From positions 26,536,001 to 26,600,000 of the forward strand of contig OZ024755.1 of NCBI GenBank assembly GCA_964016885.1: a stretch of DNA of 64,000 bases, read 5' to 3'. This DNA is from Eledone cirrhosa. Its lineage: Eukaryota. The first letter of the stretch is position 1. Each line of letters begins with the position of its first letter. The translations under genes and the position numbers were made by a program. This document shows positions 12,246 to 27,602 of the stretch, one piece after another. Below the pieces are notes generated by a model. The model was not told the DNA's origin and searched no databases. It worked only from the letters and a program-made list of their open reading frames with translations.

Positions 12246-14229
12246 CTGACATAGTACAATGTAAGTCTAAACTAAAATATCGAGAAAACCACAACATAAT
12301 AAAGATTTAAATACAGTATAAATGTATCGTGTATATTTTGGTAGAAACTTTGTTGAACTTACAGGAAAGTAATTATTTCAATACATATCGCATTTATTCT
12401 GAGATCAAATATAAACGGGAAAAAAGTCGCACATTATACCTAAGTCCAAGTAAAAAGGACATAAAGATGGAGCTCGCAAATAGATGCCATAGACAAATGG
12501 AATGAATAAAGAAATAAGATCTGAATAATATCGCTGAAAAGAAATAATGGTAGAGTTTAGAACGTTCCAAGGAAAACATTTTCTAAAGACTGACAATGAA
12601 CTATCTATATTTTGAAAAATACATCTGTTAAATAAGACAGAAGTTTAATAACTGATTGGAAATCATTCTAAGAATCTCTCAGACTATCCGAAATTAACGA
12701 AACATTTGAAAATTTCATGTGTTAATATAAAACCTAAAGACAATATATTTTCGGAAAAGGAAAGAGTAAACAGTTGCCACTTTTATATTTATATTATGAT
12801 ATTAAGTTTAAAATATCAAGCCAAGCCATTATCTTGAAATAAATATTGCAACTATATATAGAATTATTTACATACAACACCATATTAGGCTACCCTACTC
12901 CAGGAAATACTTATCTTCAGACACAAAGAGAAACTAAAAATTACAAAAAAAAGAGAGAAAAGAATTGAAATAATAAAGGAATTGACGCTATTTCAGGCCA
13001 AAGGATGAAATGTTTATAAAAAACAAAGGATACTATTTAAAACTTGTCCAGACAACGTATTTCAGTTACCATAGATGTACGCAAGTTATGATCTTTATTT
13101 CCAGTGAATGTTTCAGAGGTCTTTATATATTTCGTTTAACCTCAACAGATGTATTGTTATTCAATTACCATATACTCCATGAGAGTGAAATCAAGTTTTC
13201 TTTTCCTGGGCTTATGAACGTGTACGTATGAGATTAGAATCTGGTTTTAAATTTATTAACGATAAGTCTAATATAATTTTTGTTAGAATTCTACGCATTT
13301 GTATACAATATTCTTAGCTAGACGATTAGAATATGAGATCAAAATCCTTGAGATTTGTACAATTGCAATCAGGTATATTATCACTTCCTTGGGAATTAAC
13401 CTTAGTTAAGTTAAAAGCAATTACATTTTGGGCTAAATTCTCTGTAGTAGAATATAGAAGTATAATTTGTCAAAAGGAGTAGCACCTTCTAAATTAAATA
13501 GAGAATTATTCTAAAATGTTTATCTGTATTTATTTCTATTAATTTCAATTCTGCCAGGAGTTAATATGCAGTGAATCTTATCAATATTTCAAATTCTTGC
13601 TCGAATTATAGTACATTAACTGATCTTTAGGAATGTCCTCATTGAAGCAATATCAGATAACCTAAGTGATAAATATTCAAATTTTGATTGTTAGTAATAT
13701 TCTAAGGATATTTATATGGATTGTGGGTTACAGATGGTAACGACTATCAATCCATCATCGCTGTACAAGAGTCTCTCGACAAAATGCTATTTCTGTTTGC
13801 GCTTGCGTTACTATGACAATTTAAGAAGTCTGGCTTTTATTGATCATCTCATTCATTCCTTCAACGAGACCTTGTTATTCCATCCATTCATGCGGTTCAT
13901 CCCGTGGAGGGGGATGCTTTGTTTCGCTATGAGGCACATAATTGTACTCACAGAGGTCACCCGATGTTTACGCTAAATTACACAACAATCCACTGATACC
14001 ACCTTAACATACAGTTCCACGAAGTAAATTTCCATAGAAACCACATTGAGGAAGATTGACAATTCACGGGAAGGTGCCACGTGGAATAAGTAACGGGAGA
14101 TGAAGCACGAGGGAGACATGGTCTGACATAGATTAAAAAACGGAAAGAAAGGTATTCAACGGTGAAAATTGCCCGACAGTGACGGACTACTCTGCTAGTA
14201 TATATATAATACAAACAGATTAGAGGCTT

Positions 14230-14430
14230 CACAGCATGGGTAGAGCGTAGGGCAAAATGTCTTGCGGTATTTACTTATGTTATTCTACGTTCTGAGTAGT
14301 TCAAATTATAGGTCAATTTTGTTTTTAAACCTTTCGGAGCCGATGAAATAAAGTACCAGTTAGATACTGGGGTTTATATAATCAACTTTTTCCATCCAAA
14401 TTGCTGGCCTTCAGCCAATGATAGAAATAT
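14230..14430 (+). mobile_element. Degenerate tRNA-derived SINE
   Basis: CCTTTCGGAGCCGATGAAATAAAGTACCAGT core and AAATTGCTGGCCTT tail. Confidence 0.65.
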
Positions 14431-14585
14431 ATATGTAATAGAAACGATTAGCTATTGCTGCATTTTTTAACATTTAACCTTTGCTTACAATCTCTAGACT
14501 TGATTCTACCTAATTAGATACGTATTTATAGCCATTCCTTCGATTTTTATTAACATATCAACACGTGGATCTGTATGTAGATATG

Positions 14586-14623
<38 letters not shown>

Positions 14624-16101
14624 AGTTCAAACACACAAATATATATATACTCTCGAATATCAACGCCAGGGACGTCTGATTCAGTGCAATCTAATATGTT
14701 GTAAATTTCTGCCAGAAGTGAAACTGAATTATCTGAACATATAACATTGATGATATATATATTGATCAAGTAGTATATATTGATCACTAACGAAACCATC
14801 TCGGCTACGGATTCAATTCATATGTATAAACCAAATATATATATATCTGCGTGCCTATCTATGTATACACACATACGCACATACACACAGACACACTCTC
14901 TCACAAACACAAACACACGTACTCATACATAGCGGAGACATTGAGAGTCTAAAGATGGCTATACTAGATGTTCTTCCTGGCTCTGTGTTTTCTATTTGTC
15001 TGGATGAGTTAAATGTATATAGCATATCGATTTTGCCAGTACAGTTGGGCCAGTGGAGGCCATAGGTACAATTCCTATTTCCAGACCAAGGCGATAGAAA
15101 ACGCCTCACAACTGCTTCTTTGTTATAACCACAAAATATGCCCTCAATAAAACAAACTATTTTTCATGAATATCTATAAATAGTTTCACACCAAGTGTCA
15201 TTATTCTTGTTATTCATATTCGTTTCACACTCCCCGTGTTTTCTGTATCAAAATTGAATTTCCATAGTTCGAATAATGTTCTTATCAAACTTATCACACC
15301 CTGCTTCTCAGGTTCCATTATCCATTATCCTTTTAAACATGGTTAGATATGATTCAAAGAATATTTAAGAACTATTTCTAACAGGTATAATATGTAGAAA
15401 CTTTCCTATGTTCCTATGGCGATTATATCATTACACTGCTTAAGAAGTCCTATCATTGATTCAAAGTACTACTTATTATTGTTTATGTTTGTAATTGAGG
15501 TGTGGATGGGCTTCTGTAGGCAAGTTTTCACTGATTATAACTAAGTGAAATTAACTCCCCTAGCATATGGGAAAGAAACATTTCTAAATGTATATTATTT
15601 TCACTGTTACGTTCTTATTCTTTTAAGTATACACACTATATACTTGTCTATATGTCAGTTGCTCTTTCATAAAAACATGGTGTAAAACCCGCATGCAACT
15701 TATCCACCAAGACTACAAGATACCAAAGTAAGTAAGATGCTAGTTTGCAATCTGTTAAATTATTCTCTTAAATAGACAGCCAAAACAGTCTTATGCATAC
15801 TTAGGATTTATGAGTAAATATAAATATTACATTACAAGAATATGTTTCTGTTTTACATAATATGTTTCAGTATCTAAACATAATTTACCATTTCTCTCAG
15901 ACAATAGCTATCCACAACATATTAGTTTTGTTGTTTTACTTCATACTATAATAGCATTTTAGTTGTTTATTTAAGTCATTATTTATGATATCATTATCAT
16001 TTCTGAATGTTGTTTTATTGTAGTTAAATAGTGTTTCAAAACATTATTGAAAATACGATAAACCAATTATATATTGTTATCAAGAATTATTATTGCAACA
16101 T

Positions 16102-16255
16102 GCAGGTGGTGGATTAGGAGAAACGTCAGAGTGTCATGTATAATTATTAGCAGCAATTGTTTCGGCTCTTTGCGTTCCGATTTTAAATCCTTTCGCAGTC
16201 AAATTTATATTTCATTCTCTCGGGGGTCGAGAAAATGAAATACTAGTAAAGTAAG
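16102..16255 (+). mobile_element. Degenerate tRNA-derived SINE
   Basis: GGTGGTGGATTAG start; TTTCATTCTCTCGGGGGTCGAGAAAATGAAATACTAGT core. Confidence 0.55.
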
Positions 16256-16293
16256 CAATCTACAACCAGATGTAAACAAGTCTTATAAATTTA

Positions 16294-16761
16294 CGAAGTG
16301 CTGGGCGATTTAAAATGTTGCGTGCGGAACTATGCTGCAGCCTGTTACGTATAGCTACCTAAATTTGTCTAGGTTTGATGTCAGTCATTACCTTAAAGAT
16401 TAATTGTGTCTAATTTTGGCACAAGGCCAGCAATTATCCAGTACATTACTGGTACTTTATTTTATCGACCCCGTAAGGATGAAAAGCAAAGTTAACCTCG
16501 ACGGGATTTGAACTCAGATCGTAAAGGGACGTAACTATGCTGGAAAGCATGTCCGACTCTCTACCGATACTGCCAATGCACCTAAAGATTAATGGTAAAA
16601 ATACTCGACCGGAATTCTCCCTAGCGGCTGCTGACTATATTTTTGCCCCTCACTAGGGGTATATTTCTAAGCTATTATATATAGCGATAGACTGTTGTTA
16701 CAGTTATATGTTGTGTTTGAAATTCACACATTTTCAAAGTTTCAAATCGCCCAGCGCTTCG
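16294..16761. mobile_element. Putative MITE (non-autonomous DNA transposon) with nested SINE
   Basis: Terminal inverted repeats CGAAGTGCTGGGCGATTT / AAATCGCCCAGCGCTTCG (17/18 match), preceded by TA on the left. Confidence 0.55.
16405..16582 (-). mobile_element. tRNA-derived SINE (MetaSINE-like core) with 11-bp TSD
   Basis: A box TGGCAGTATCGG, B box GAGTTCAAATCC, core CTTTTCATCCTTACGGGGTCGATAAAATAAAGTACCAGT; TSD TAAAGATTAAT at 16394-16404 and 16583-16593. Confidence 0.9.
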
Positions 16762-16812
16762 ATAATTTATTAGACATAAACACATAAATATGTACATGTA
16801 TTTGTGTGCGTA

Positions 16813-16887
<75 letters not shown>

Positions 16888-17870
16888 TGGGCTTGGAATA
16901 AATAAAGGAAGAGAACTGATATATTTATATTTACAAAAGAGGAGTGGAGGACAGTGATAGTAAATTTTATTTAAAATTTAAATTATCCAATTTCATTTCT
17001 GGTTACAAATTATATTGATTATTTTAAATTTTAAATCAAATTTACGGTTTTAGCTGCGTCCAATTTTCTGCGAGTACAATCAAACATAGAAAACAGATTG
17101 TAAACCACATCCCATCAATCAGTTAGAATTTTTTCCTTCTACTTCTTATATTTTCCACCATAATTTTCTTTTACCTAATGAAACATGTCCTTTATTGATT
17201 AACATAGTCTTCTACTTAACACTCTGTTTCTAACAAATTCTTTTTTTTTTTGCCTCCATAATCTTTACCGAATGAAATTCCCCATCACTTATATTATTTA
17301 GCAAACTATAATCAAAGAGTAGAGTTAGATAAGGCCTAGATATTTCAGTAAGTTTCGTTCTTCTGTGACTTCTGTATACAACATCAACTGATACTCGACC
17401 TCAGACTGAAATAAGAAGAGTAAACCATATTCAACATGATGACATGTTTCTTGGAGAATTAAAGCCCCCCCCCCCGCCTTTTGATCTATTACTTAGACTT
17501 AGAAACTCCGGAGTCTTTAGATGGATAGGGCAGCCAAAGTGCTCCAATGACTACGGTTAGTTGCTTCTATCAGCTAGACACTTGAAGACCCCAAGTACCA
17601 GATTTATAAAATACAGTTTATATAGAATTTTCCTGTCTCTTATTTTGTTATCGTCTCACAGGCATCACAGCAGTAGGGCGGATTCTGTACTGTTGTCCAA
17701 ACTGGCATAACAAACGCAGCATCATCTTAATGCGCGAAACTGCACTGCCAGTAAGGTGGTTGACCAAAGTAACGATACATTTGTTGGTACATGTTATGTA
17801 ACTGTTGGTACATGTTATGTAACTGTTTGCATTTTAGCTGATACATTTTGTATATATATATATGTATATG

Positions 17871-17984
<114 letters not shown>

Positions 17985-18168
17985 TAAAATAAATCAAAGA
18001 ACGCCTACATACTTATACAATTTTTATTCGCTAACAATGTTTCATCCATACCGTGGGGCAGGTAACCTCAGAGCGTAATAAATAAAAATATAGTGGGGGA
18101 ATTTAAATCGATTTGTTGACAGACGTCAATATACATATATACACACATTATATATGCATGCATACATA

Positions 18169-18235
<67 letters not shown>

Positions 18236-18890
18236 AATGCATATAAACATATATATATACATGTACTTGTGTGTTTCTTTGTGTGTGTGAGTATATGTGT
18301 GTATACATATTTTCTACAAATCTATTGATACACTTCATAATCTAGAAATAATTTCACAAAACAACACAGCCTTACAATTCAATTATCCGGTCGAATGGTG
18401 GGGTTATTCAAAAAGAGAAAGAAAAAAAATCTCATTTCCAATCCCCGGGAGGTTTTATAAACAAAGACAATGTATATGCAAGAACTTCTATTTTGTATTA
18501 TTGGCAGGCACTTAATTTATGGTAAAATATGATTTGAACGAAATTAACGAACATGATTACGTATCAATGAGTGTATGAGAGTGTGCATGTATATGTTTCT
18601 CTAGATGTGTGTGTGTGTGGGGGGGGGGGGGGGGCGTGCGTGCGAATAACTAATTATTGGAGTTGATTCTTTTTCTTTATATCGAATCTTTTTTTTTGTC
18701 TACAAAAGAATTTATATATGCGCACACATACGTTTTGATATTTTATTTACTGTATGTATATATATATATATATATATATGTATATAATGGAAAAATTTGA
18801 ACAGCGACAAAACAGAGAGGCAGTACAACGAATGTTTATTAATTTCACGCTCTGGAGAGTGGGGTGTATATATATATATATATATATATG

Positions 18891-18922
<32 letters not shown>

Positions 18923-19046
18923 TGTATGTATGTATGTTATGATGTCGCTGAGCTTGGGCAACCTCTTGATTTAGTCGATCATATTGGCCCCAGGACTTGT
19001 ATTCTTCAAGCCTGGCATGTATTTTATCGAACTCTTTTTGTCGAAC

Positions 19047-19268
19047 CTTTAAGAATATTTATTTATTTACTTTACCAGTTTCACAGTTCTTATGAAGTTC
19101 AAAAGTAAAATTGGGATGGAAGGTTTCTGTTTCTGTTGAGGTTTGTCATAAAAATCTGTTAAACCGGTAAAGTAAATTAATAAATATTCTTAAAAGACTC
19201 CAGTTGCATTTTCGATTTCTTTTCCTTATACTTTGGGACATCTTTAAAGAAACCCCCTCATTTTCTTT

Positions 19269-19270
<2 letters not shown>
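19047..19270. mobile_element. Fold-back PLE remnant, family B (related to 40135-40290)
   Basis: Inverted arms 19047-19086/19156-19194; AAGACTCCAGTTGCATTTTCGATTT shared in reverse with 40149-40173; ends at (TA)n. Confidence 0.65.
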
Positions 19271-19344
<74 letters not shown>

Positions 19345-19402
19345 CATCCGGTTCACTTTAGAAGCATTGGAAAATTTTGAAATGTAGTATGATCTACTAT
19401 TA

Positions 19403-19578
19403 TTATCGGTAGAGGGTCGGACGCCATGCTTTGACGCAAAGAGTTACGGCCCTTGCCATTCTGAGTTCAAATCCCGCCGAGGTTAACTTTGCCTTTCATC
19501 CTTACGGGGTCGATAAAATAAAGTACCAGTAATACACTGGGTAATTGCTGGCCTGTGCCAAATGTAGAAACAATTATT
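19403..19578 (+). mobile_element. tRNA-derived SINE
   Basis: B box, core and TAGAAACAATTATT tail. Confidence 0.9.
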
Positions 19579-19725
19579 ATAGTTATGCCCGTTTCAAGTT
19601 ACATATATGTATATGTATACGGACACTCATATTTATATGAATGTATGCATATGTGTATTTATGTATGTATGTTTGTATATCTATTTACGTATACATATGT
19701 GTATGTATATATATATATATATTCA

Positions 19726-19861
<136 letters not shown>

Positions 19862-19892
19862 CATATACATATATATATATATATACATACAT

Positions 19893-19943
<51 letters not shown>

Positions 19944-20713
19944 TATATATATATTTGTGTATGTATTTGTTTGTGTTTGTATGAGTACGCGTGTGAAAGT
20001 ATATTTGCCTGTTCGCACGAATATGTGTAACTATATATAAACACATATACATGCACGACAATAGAATAAAGTATCAGAGAAGAGAATAAATAGCATAGAA
20101 TTTAATTGGTATCGATCGTATTACAAATAAGCTTAACTAAGCTCTGAGGAAATCGTTAATGCTGCGAATGCAGCAAGTTTATGATATAGAATTGTAAAAT
20201 GCCGTGTATATTGTTCTTGTAGAAACAATTCATGTATTGACTGACTTTGTTAAAGACAATTCTTCCTTTATCTTACCACACAAAACTAATAACAGATAAA
20301 TTACAGTAAGTAAAGGTAATGCTTCTTCTTCCAATACTCCTCTTTAGTTTTCTTTTCTTTTCGTTTCTCTCTTTTTCTTCACTCCTTGCACATCTCTCTC
20401 AAATTATTGCTCATTATTTTGCCTCTCTTCATTTCATTACTTCTTCTTCACCCTCTGTTTTCTTGTGCTTTTTCTCTTTCATCACTACCACCGCCACCAC
20501 CACCACCACCACTAACACCACCACCACCACCACCACCACCATCATCATCATCACCATCACCTTCATCTACGGCGTTGTTGTCATCATCATCATCATCGTC
20601 GTTGTTTGCCTCATTGACAGTGTCATTATATTATAATTCAGTGAAGCATGAAGAACGCATGTTTCTCAAAGCCTCTATAATAGCGACATGGCTTGAGAAA
20701 ATGGAAAGCGAAT

Positions 20714-20869
<156 letters not shown>

Positions 20870-20964
20870 ATATATTGTATATGTGTATATCGGGAGATGA
20901 CCTCACTTAAACATAGGTATCCATTAATCTAGTAGAGTATAGGTATATTTATTTTATTATAAAA

Positions 20965-21062
20965 ATGACTTCTACAGGACTAGAACTGTTTCATTCGTAA
21001 GACGTCATCATGAGCGTCTTGATGATTTCTTACGAATGAAACAGTTATAGTCTTGTAGAATC

Positions 21063-21064
<2 letters not shown>
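20965..21064. mobile_element. Fold-back element with HHR-like core in each arm
   Basis: About 45-bp arms around a 9-nt spacer; arm reads TGATGA-TTTC-TTAC-GAAT-GAAAC-AGTTATA-GTC; abuts (TA)n. Confidence 0.65.
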
Positions 21065-21131
<67 letters not shown>

Positions 21132-21573
21132 GTAGATAGATAGATAAATAGATGTATTAATTATTAGCACAGATTAAAAGTTCAAACAAACAATTTTTGC
21201 TTTCGCCCTGAAGCGGAATCTTTTGAAACTTTTGGACTGTACTAATAATAAATATTTGATCCACGGGCTTATCGAGTTACCTCTAGATTTGGGTTTTTGA
21301 TTCATTATTACTGCTACTACTATATATGGGAGGTCAAATTTCAAAGTTCCCGGACGTCAACCTTTTAAAGTACTATGGTCGATGCAATATACACCCCCAG
21401 CCATGTCTGTGTGCTAGAAATCAGTTTCTTATACATCTGATGTATAAACAGCGGAAATTATCTCTTAAATTATGTTTAATGAGTTCGTATAACCAATCAT
21501 CTTTCAATGCCTAATTTCAGAATTCTACATTGTTGATGGGATGTTCACCAAGCAACAAATATCTTTTAAGTGG

Positions 21574-21690
<117 letters not shown>

Positions 21691-22827
21691 ACCAATGGGG
21701 AGAGGAACAATTGAGAAACAATAATAAATTAAATGAGTAGAAAGATGAGTAGGGAAGAGGAGAGAACGAAATGGATAGAAGAGAATGGCCTTTTGAATTG
21801 TTCAATATACATTTGTAATAAAAATCTTTTATATTTAGGGCGGCTGTCTGTAACTTGTTCTTAATAATAGAATACTCTCCTATCACTTTATCTTTCACTC
21901 GCTATCACCATAGTATTTACTGATTCTCTTCTTTATATATATTTTTCTACATTTCATTCAGCTAATTTTTATTTTTATCACGTTGGCCTTTCTTAGACCA
22001 CATACAGAGAAAGGTGGATATTGATGAATCAAATTATTTAGACTAGAATATTTGAAGAAAGTAATTATTAAAGAATAATGTAGTTATAATAAAATGAACA
22101 ACTATTGGTAATGAAGGTAGCGTGACACTAACAATTATTAGCTATTTATAACTAAGTGGTAGACCGTGTTTTGAGGGATATTAGGCAGCTATTCTGGCAC
22201 GTCGAACGGTAAAGCCAAGGTTCTTTCATCAATAGGTCATACTGTGTAACTTATCAGACTGTACAGTAGTAGTGAAATTCACTAGTGAGTAAACAATTTC
22301 GATGGTAGTGCTGAAGACACAGCATCGATGGGAAGAGCATACTTTTAGCATGGCGTATAATCGGCTAACTAAACTTTCTTGGCCACTTTCATAGAACAGG
22401 AACGAAGAAAAAATACGATGGCTCTCTCATGAAATCCCTTGGCGCATGTATGTATATATATATATATATGTTGCTCACACACTCTTCCGTTTGTTGTTTC
22501 CCGTTTAATTCGCTGTTTTTCTCTTTTCTTTTCTCTTCCCTTTTCCCTTCTGTTATCCTATTTTTTCTTTCCCTCCCTCCTTCGTTTTCCCAATAACTCA
22601 CCTAGTTATTGAACGAACTGGTGGTAGATATCTTGTCTTTAATGCGTAGAAATATTCGAGACCCTCAGCAGACAACTGATGAGGACCCCCCTCCCCCGTT
22701 GTTGCTTTCTTTTTATTTTTAAGCATATATATATATATTCAAAATACAAAATACAAACAGCAAAAGTGACGACGTTGGTAAAAATTAAATTAGAAAATTT
22801 TAAAACTGAAGTCAAACTTCTTTTAAA

Positions 22828-23017
22828 ATAATTGTTTCTACTTTTGGAAAAAGGCCACCAAATACTCAGTACATTACTGGTACTTTATTTTATCGACCCC
22901 CGTAGGGATGAAACGTAAAATTAACATCGGTGGGATTTGAACTCAGTCCGTAAAGGAACACAACTCTGTGCTGCAAAGCATGGCGTCCAACCCTCTACCG
23001 ATACTACCAATCCACCA
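22828..23017 (-). mobile_element. tRNA-derived SINE
   Basis: Full-length match to the other copies on the minus strand. Confidence 0.9.
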
Positions 23018-23320
23018 ATGTGTTATTAACGAATGCATTCTCTTGAGTGAACTCGATATTGTACAAATACTATTTCTGTGAGGTGTAATACTTCCGATAG
23101 ATGTCGATAGTATCCTCAACAGTAATAAGTTAGAAAATACCATGTCAAGATGTCATTTATTATTATCAGTAATATTTGTCAGACCCATAACTATTGCCAA
23201 GGGAGAGAGACACTTAATAAACCAAAGTTTATAAAGAGATATTTACAATCATCCATGACATAAGACATATTAAATTCTTTGTCGATATTGTCAATTACAA
23301 GGGATATACTATACAATAAA

Positions 23321-23410
<90 letters not shown>

Positions 23411-23413
<3 letters not shown>

Positions 23414-23627
23414 CAAAGGAATTGTGGTAAGGAACCAGATGGACCATAATGCACCAGAGTACTCAATACTTAGGGTAGTAGAGTGGGAAATAGGAAAAAG
23501 TATGACCTCGACGGCAGAGCTCAAGCCGTTTCGACGGCTATTTCTGGACTAAATTCAGTTAAATTCAATTTTATCCAGAAGTAGCCGTCGAAACCGTTTG
23601 AACTCTGATGTCGGGGTCATACTTTTT

Positions 23628-23631
<4 letters not shown>
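23411..23631. mobile_element. Fold-back PLE remnant, family A
   Basis: Inverted arms around an AT-rich spacer at about 23550-23574; (TA)n on both sides. Confidence 0.75.
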
Positions 23632-24058
<427 letters not shown>

Positions 24059-24302
24059 TTTGTTTTGTTTATATTCTTTAATTTATTTGAACATTTATTA
24101 CATCTACAGGCGATCAATGGCGTCCTTCGAACTTTCCTTTAGCCACTTATTCTCCACACGGTATTTGTTTGTAACAAAAGATACCATTGAGAATAAAGTA
24201 AATACGATCGGTCTCTATTGACAAACACACGCACACACACTTATATATACAGTATATATATTATATATATATATATATATATTTTTTTTTTAATAATATA
24301 TA

Positions 24303-24449
<147 letters not shown>

Positions 24450-24532
24450 ATAATAATAGATTTGAAGAATAAAATCCAAAGAGGGCTCGATAAGGATAAA
24501 TATATATCAAATATATAAGAACCGTAGAGCAA

Positions 24533-24659
24533 ATATATATTAAAATAACAGATTAAATTTTAAGCAAAGAATCGCTGCTTTCACCCTTAACGGGATCTTC
24601 TGAAACTTCAGAAGATCCCGTTAAGGGTGAAAGCTTAAACTGTTATTTTAATAAATATA

Positions 24660-24660
<1 letters not shown>
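24533..24660. mobile_element. Fold-back element, family C (HHR-like core)
   Basis: Perfect 28-bp arms 24577-24604/24607-24634; CAGAAGA-T-CCC-GTTAA-GGG-T-GAAAGC; homologous single arm at 58677-58748. Confidence 0.7.
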
Positions 24661-24701
<41 letters not shown>

Positions 24702-24733
24702 AAAAAAAAATATATATATATATGTACATACAT

Positions 24734-24843
<110 letters not shown>

Positions 24844-24874
24844 AGAACAAAATATGGTTAAAGGAGTTCCATGT

Positions 24875-24943
24875 ATTTTATTATGCGCATTTCAAAAACA
24901 AGTATCATCATGCAATAATATTTGTGTTTTCATCAGATAAAAC
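24875..24943 (-). ncRNA. Type I hammerhead ribozyme motif (PLE-associated)
   Basis: GUUUUAU-CUGAUGA-AAA-C-ACAAAUAUUAUU(GCAU)GAUGAUACUUGU-U-UUU-GAAA-UGCGCA-UA/AUAAAAU; all three stems can form. Confidence 0.7.
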
Positions 24944-25039
24944 AGGAGGACATGATATGAAGGCTAAAAAACACTTGTGGATAGTTCAGTTTTAAATCAA
25001 CATTGCTTTATTGTACTACAATAAATCTCACCTCCTACA

Positions 25040-25472
<433 letters not shown>

Positions 25473-26135
25473 ACTCTTTACCTACCGTATCAAGCGTTAA
25501 ACTAAACGGTCCCTTGTGTTGTGTATTCATCTATACCTGTCAGCTTCGGCGGTCAGCTTGATGCCATAATAGAACATACTTTGCCAGGATACGAAGCAGT
25601 AAGGCCGAACTCGCAAACACGTTGTTGCAAAGCGAAATTTTGACCAACACTCCCAAGTTAGTATTCTTTCATTAATGAATTTAAATTGCATACATCTAGC
25701 TATTAAATTTCCTTGTTAATTCTACACTGATAACGTCAGATAAATCTTAGTACTTGCGCCTGTACTCTACCTTTAAGAAGTATGTGTATGAGTCATAGCG
25801 AACGTTGCACCGTTAACAATACACAACATTGCAGTTCTCGTTTGATTTTCAAAATTGCTGTTCTCGTTTGATTTTCTACAAACATCTTCAGCTCCTCAAT
25901 TCGATTAAATGCAATCTCGTGAATTCGAAATTGTTTAGATAAACATCTTTAAGAATATACTGGCAATTTTCACTTAACCTGGGAAGGATGATTATCTCAG
26001 AATTGTTACGTCCAACCAATTCAAAAGATAGTTCAAAGGAAACTCTATACAAGAAGCAAGAACACAAACGAAAATTTTACGTAATGTTTGCTCCAGATAG
26101 AAATGATTTAATCCTAGAAACACTATCTCTGGACC

Positions 26136-26214
26136 GAACTTAATCATAGATTGCTGGATTAGGGCTGGAACAAAAGGAACTTAATCATAGAATCCTGGAT
26201 TAGGACTGGAACAA
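26136..26214. repeat. 41-bp tandem duplication
   Basis: GAACTTAATCATAGAwTsCTGGATTAGGrCTGGAACAAA occurs twice. Confidence 0.85.
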
Positions 26215-26922
26215 ATAACGAACAGCAACAACATCGGCAAACAACAACATCGACAATATGACTTAAATTACACTCTAGCATCTTTTAAAAAAGAACACGT
26301 TGCCACTCAAACTGTTACTGTATTTAAAAGAAGGAAACAATGTGGTGCTGTAGATACTGTGCCTGGGAAAAAACAACAGACGGATATCATAGCTCTACTG
26401 GAAGAGGGGAGGTTTAAAACTAAACAACAATAAGTACAATAAGCACGAAATTAGCATTATTTTCGTTCAAAATACATTGATATTTCCATATTATATCTGC
26501 AGCATATAAAAATAAGATTAAGAACAACAATATATTTTTAATATGAAACGAAAACTGCCAAAACTAGACATTTCATTCTACTTTCAATATGATCAGATCT
26601 GTATTTAATATTAAAAATTTCAATTTCTTATTTTATGCCATCCCCACAGTCATACAATAGAAATATTCTATTCTCTGGATGAAGCATCGTATGGAATACG
26701 TGCATGATTACGAGTATGCTCTTGATAATCACAGCTAATTAATAAACGGCATGTGATTAATGGATCTATTTCTCTTCAGACTTCCTAAGCATTATTCTCA
26801 TCAACAAAGAAAACATTATAATCATCATAATTATTTTCAACATCGACAACACGACGACAACAACAAATTCCTATGATTACCATTATCTGACATTACTGAG
26901 GGTATGTGGATGATGGTGGTGG

Positions 26923-26953
<31 letters not shown>

Positions 26954-26994
26954 GGTGGTGATAATGATGATGATAACGGTGATAGTGATGATAG

Positions 26995-27602
26995 AATGCG
27001 AGTTATGTCTTTCTGCCGACTCAATTATCTCGCTGGTAGAGTTTCATGAGTTCCCAGCAATATTCCAAGACTAAGTACGTGTTAATGGCAGATGGTTATC
27101 TTGACCTGTCTCTTCCATAAGGGGGAAAATATCAATCACTCCAATCTGACCAGATGTGGTATAAGGAACGACTGCCAAGTGATAGATCACGAAGATGATG
27201 TGAGCATTAGATATCTGCTCACGACATTTCAAGTGATACGTGTCACTCTTTTCACAGCATCTAACCAATTTTTATCTTCCTTAAGCTCCAGTCTAAACCA
27301 GATTCCGAGTGTTTCGATATAATGACAAAAATCCATACCGGCCGACATAGACATGCCTTTCTAGATGTTGAGATGTAAACTCACCGATGTTTGCCGGTAG
27401 GTGCATGTTCTCGGAAAACCTTGGCATTCTTCCAATATGGAACTATACCTCTCTACATCCGACGTATCCCACATCATGCAGACACGACCTGATTGGCTCA
27501 GCTTTGGTAAAATACCTCTCAATAGTTTCCAAATTCCGTCACTGTGGTCTCAATCTAAACACATACATGAATGGTGAGAAAGAGCTTCCTTGACAAACTC
27601 CT
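26995..27602 (-). mobile_element. Highly decayed RTE-like LINE (RT and 3' end)
   Basis: Minus strand GVCQGSSFSP resembles the RT motif GVxQGxxLSP; WSLRKIK downstream; ends at a (CAT/CAC)n tract. Confidence 0.45.

Noticed and set aside
22650-22700. CTGATGAGGAC hammerhead-like start
   Set aside because: No downstream stem II partner or GAAA at a suitable distance
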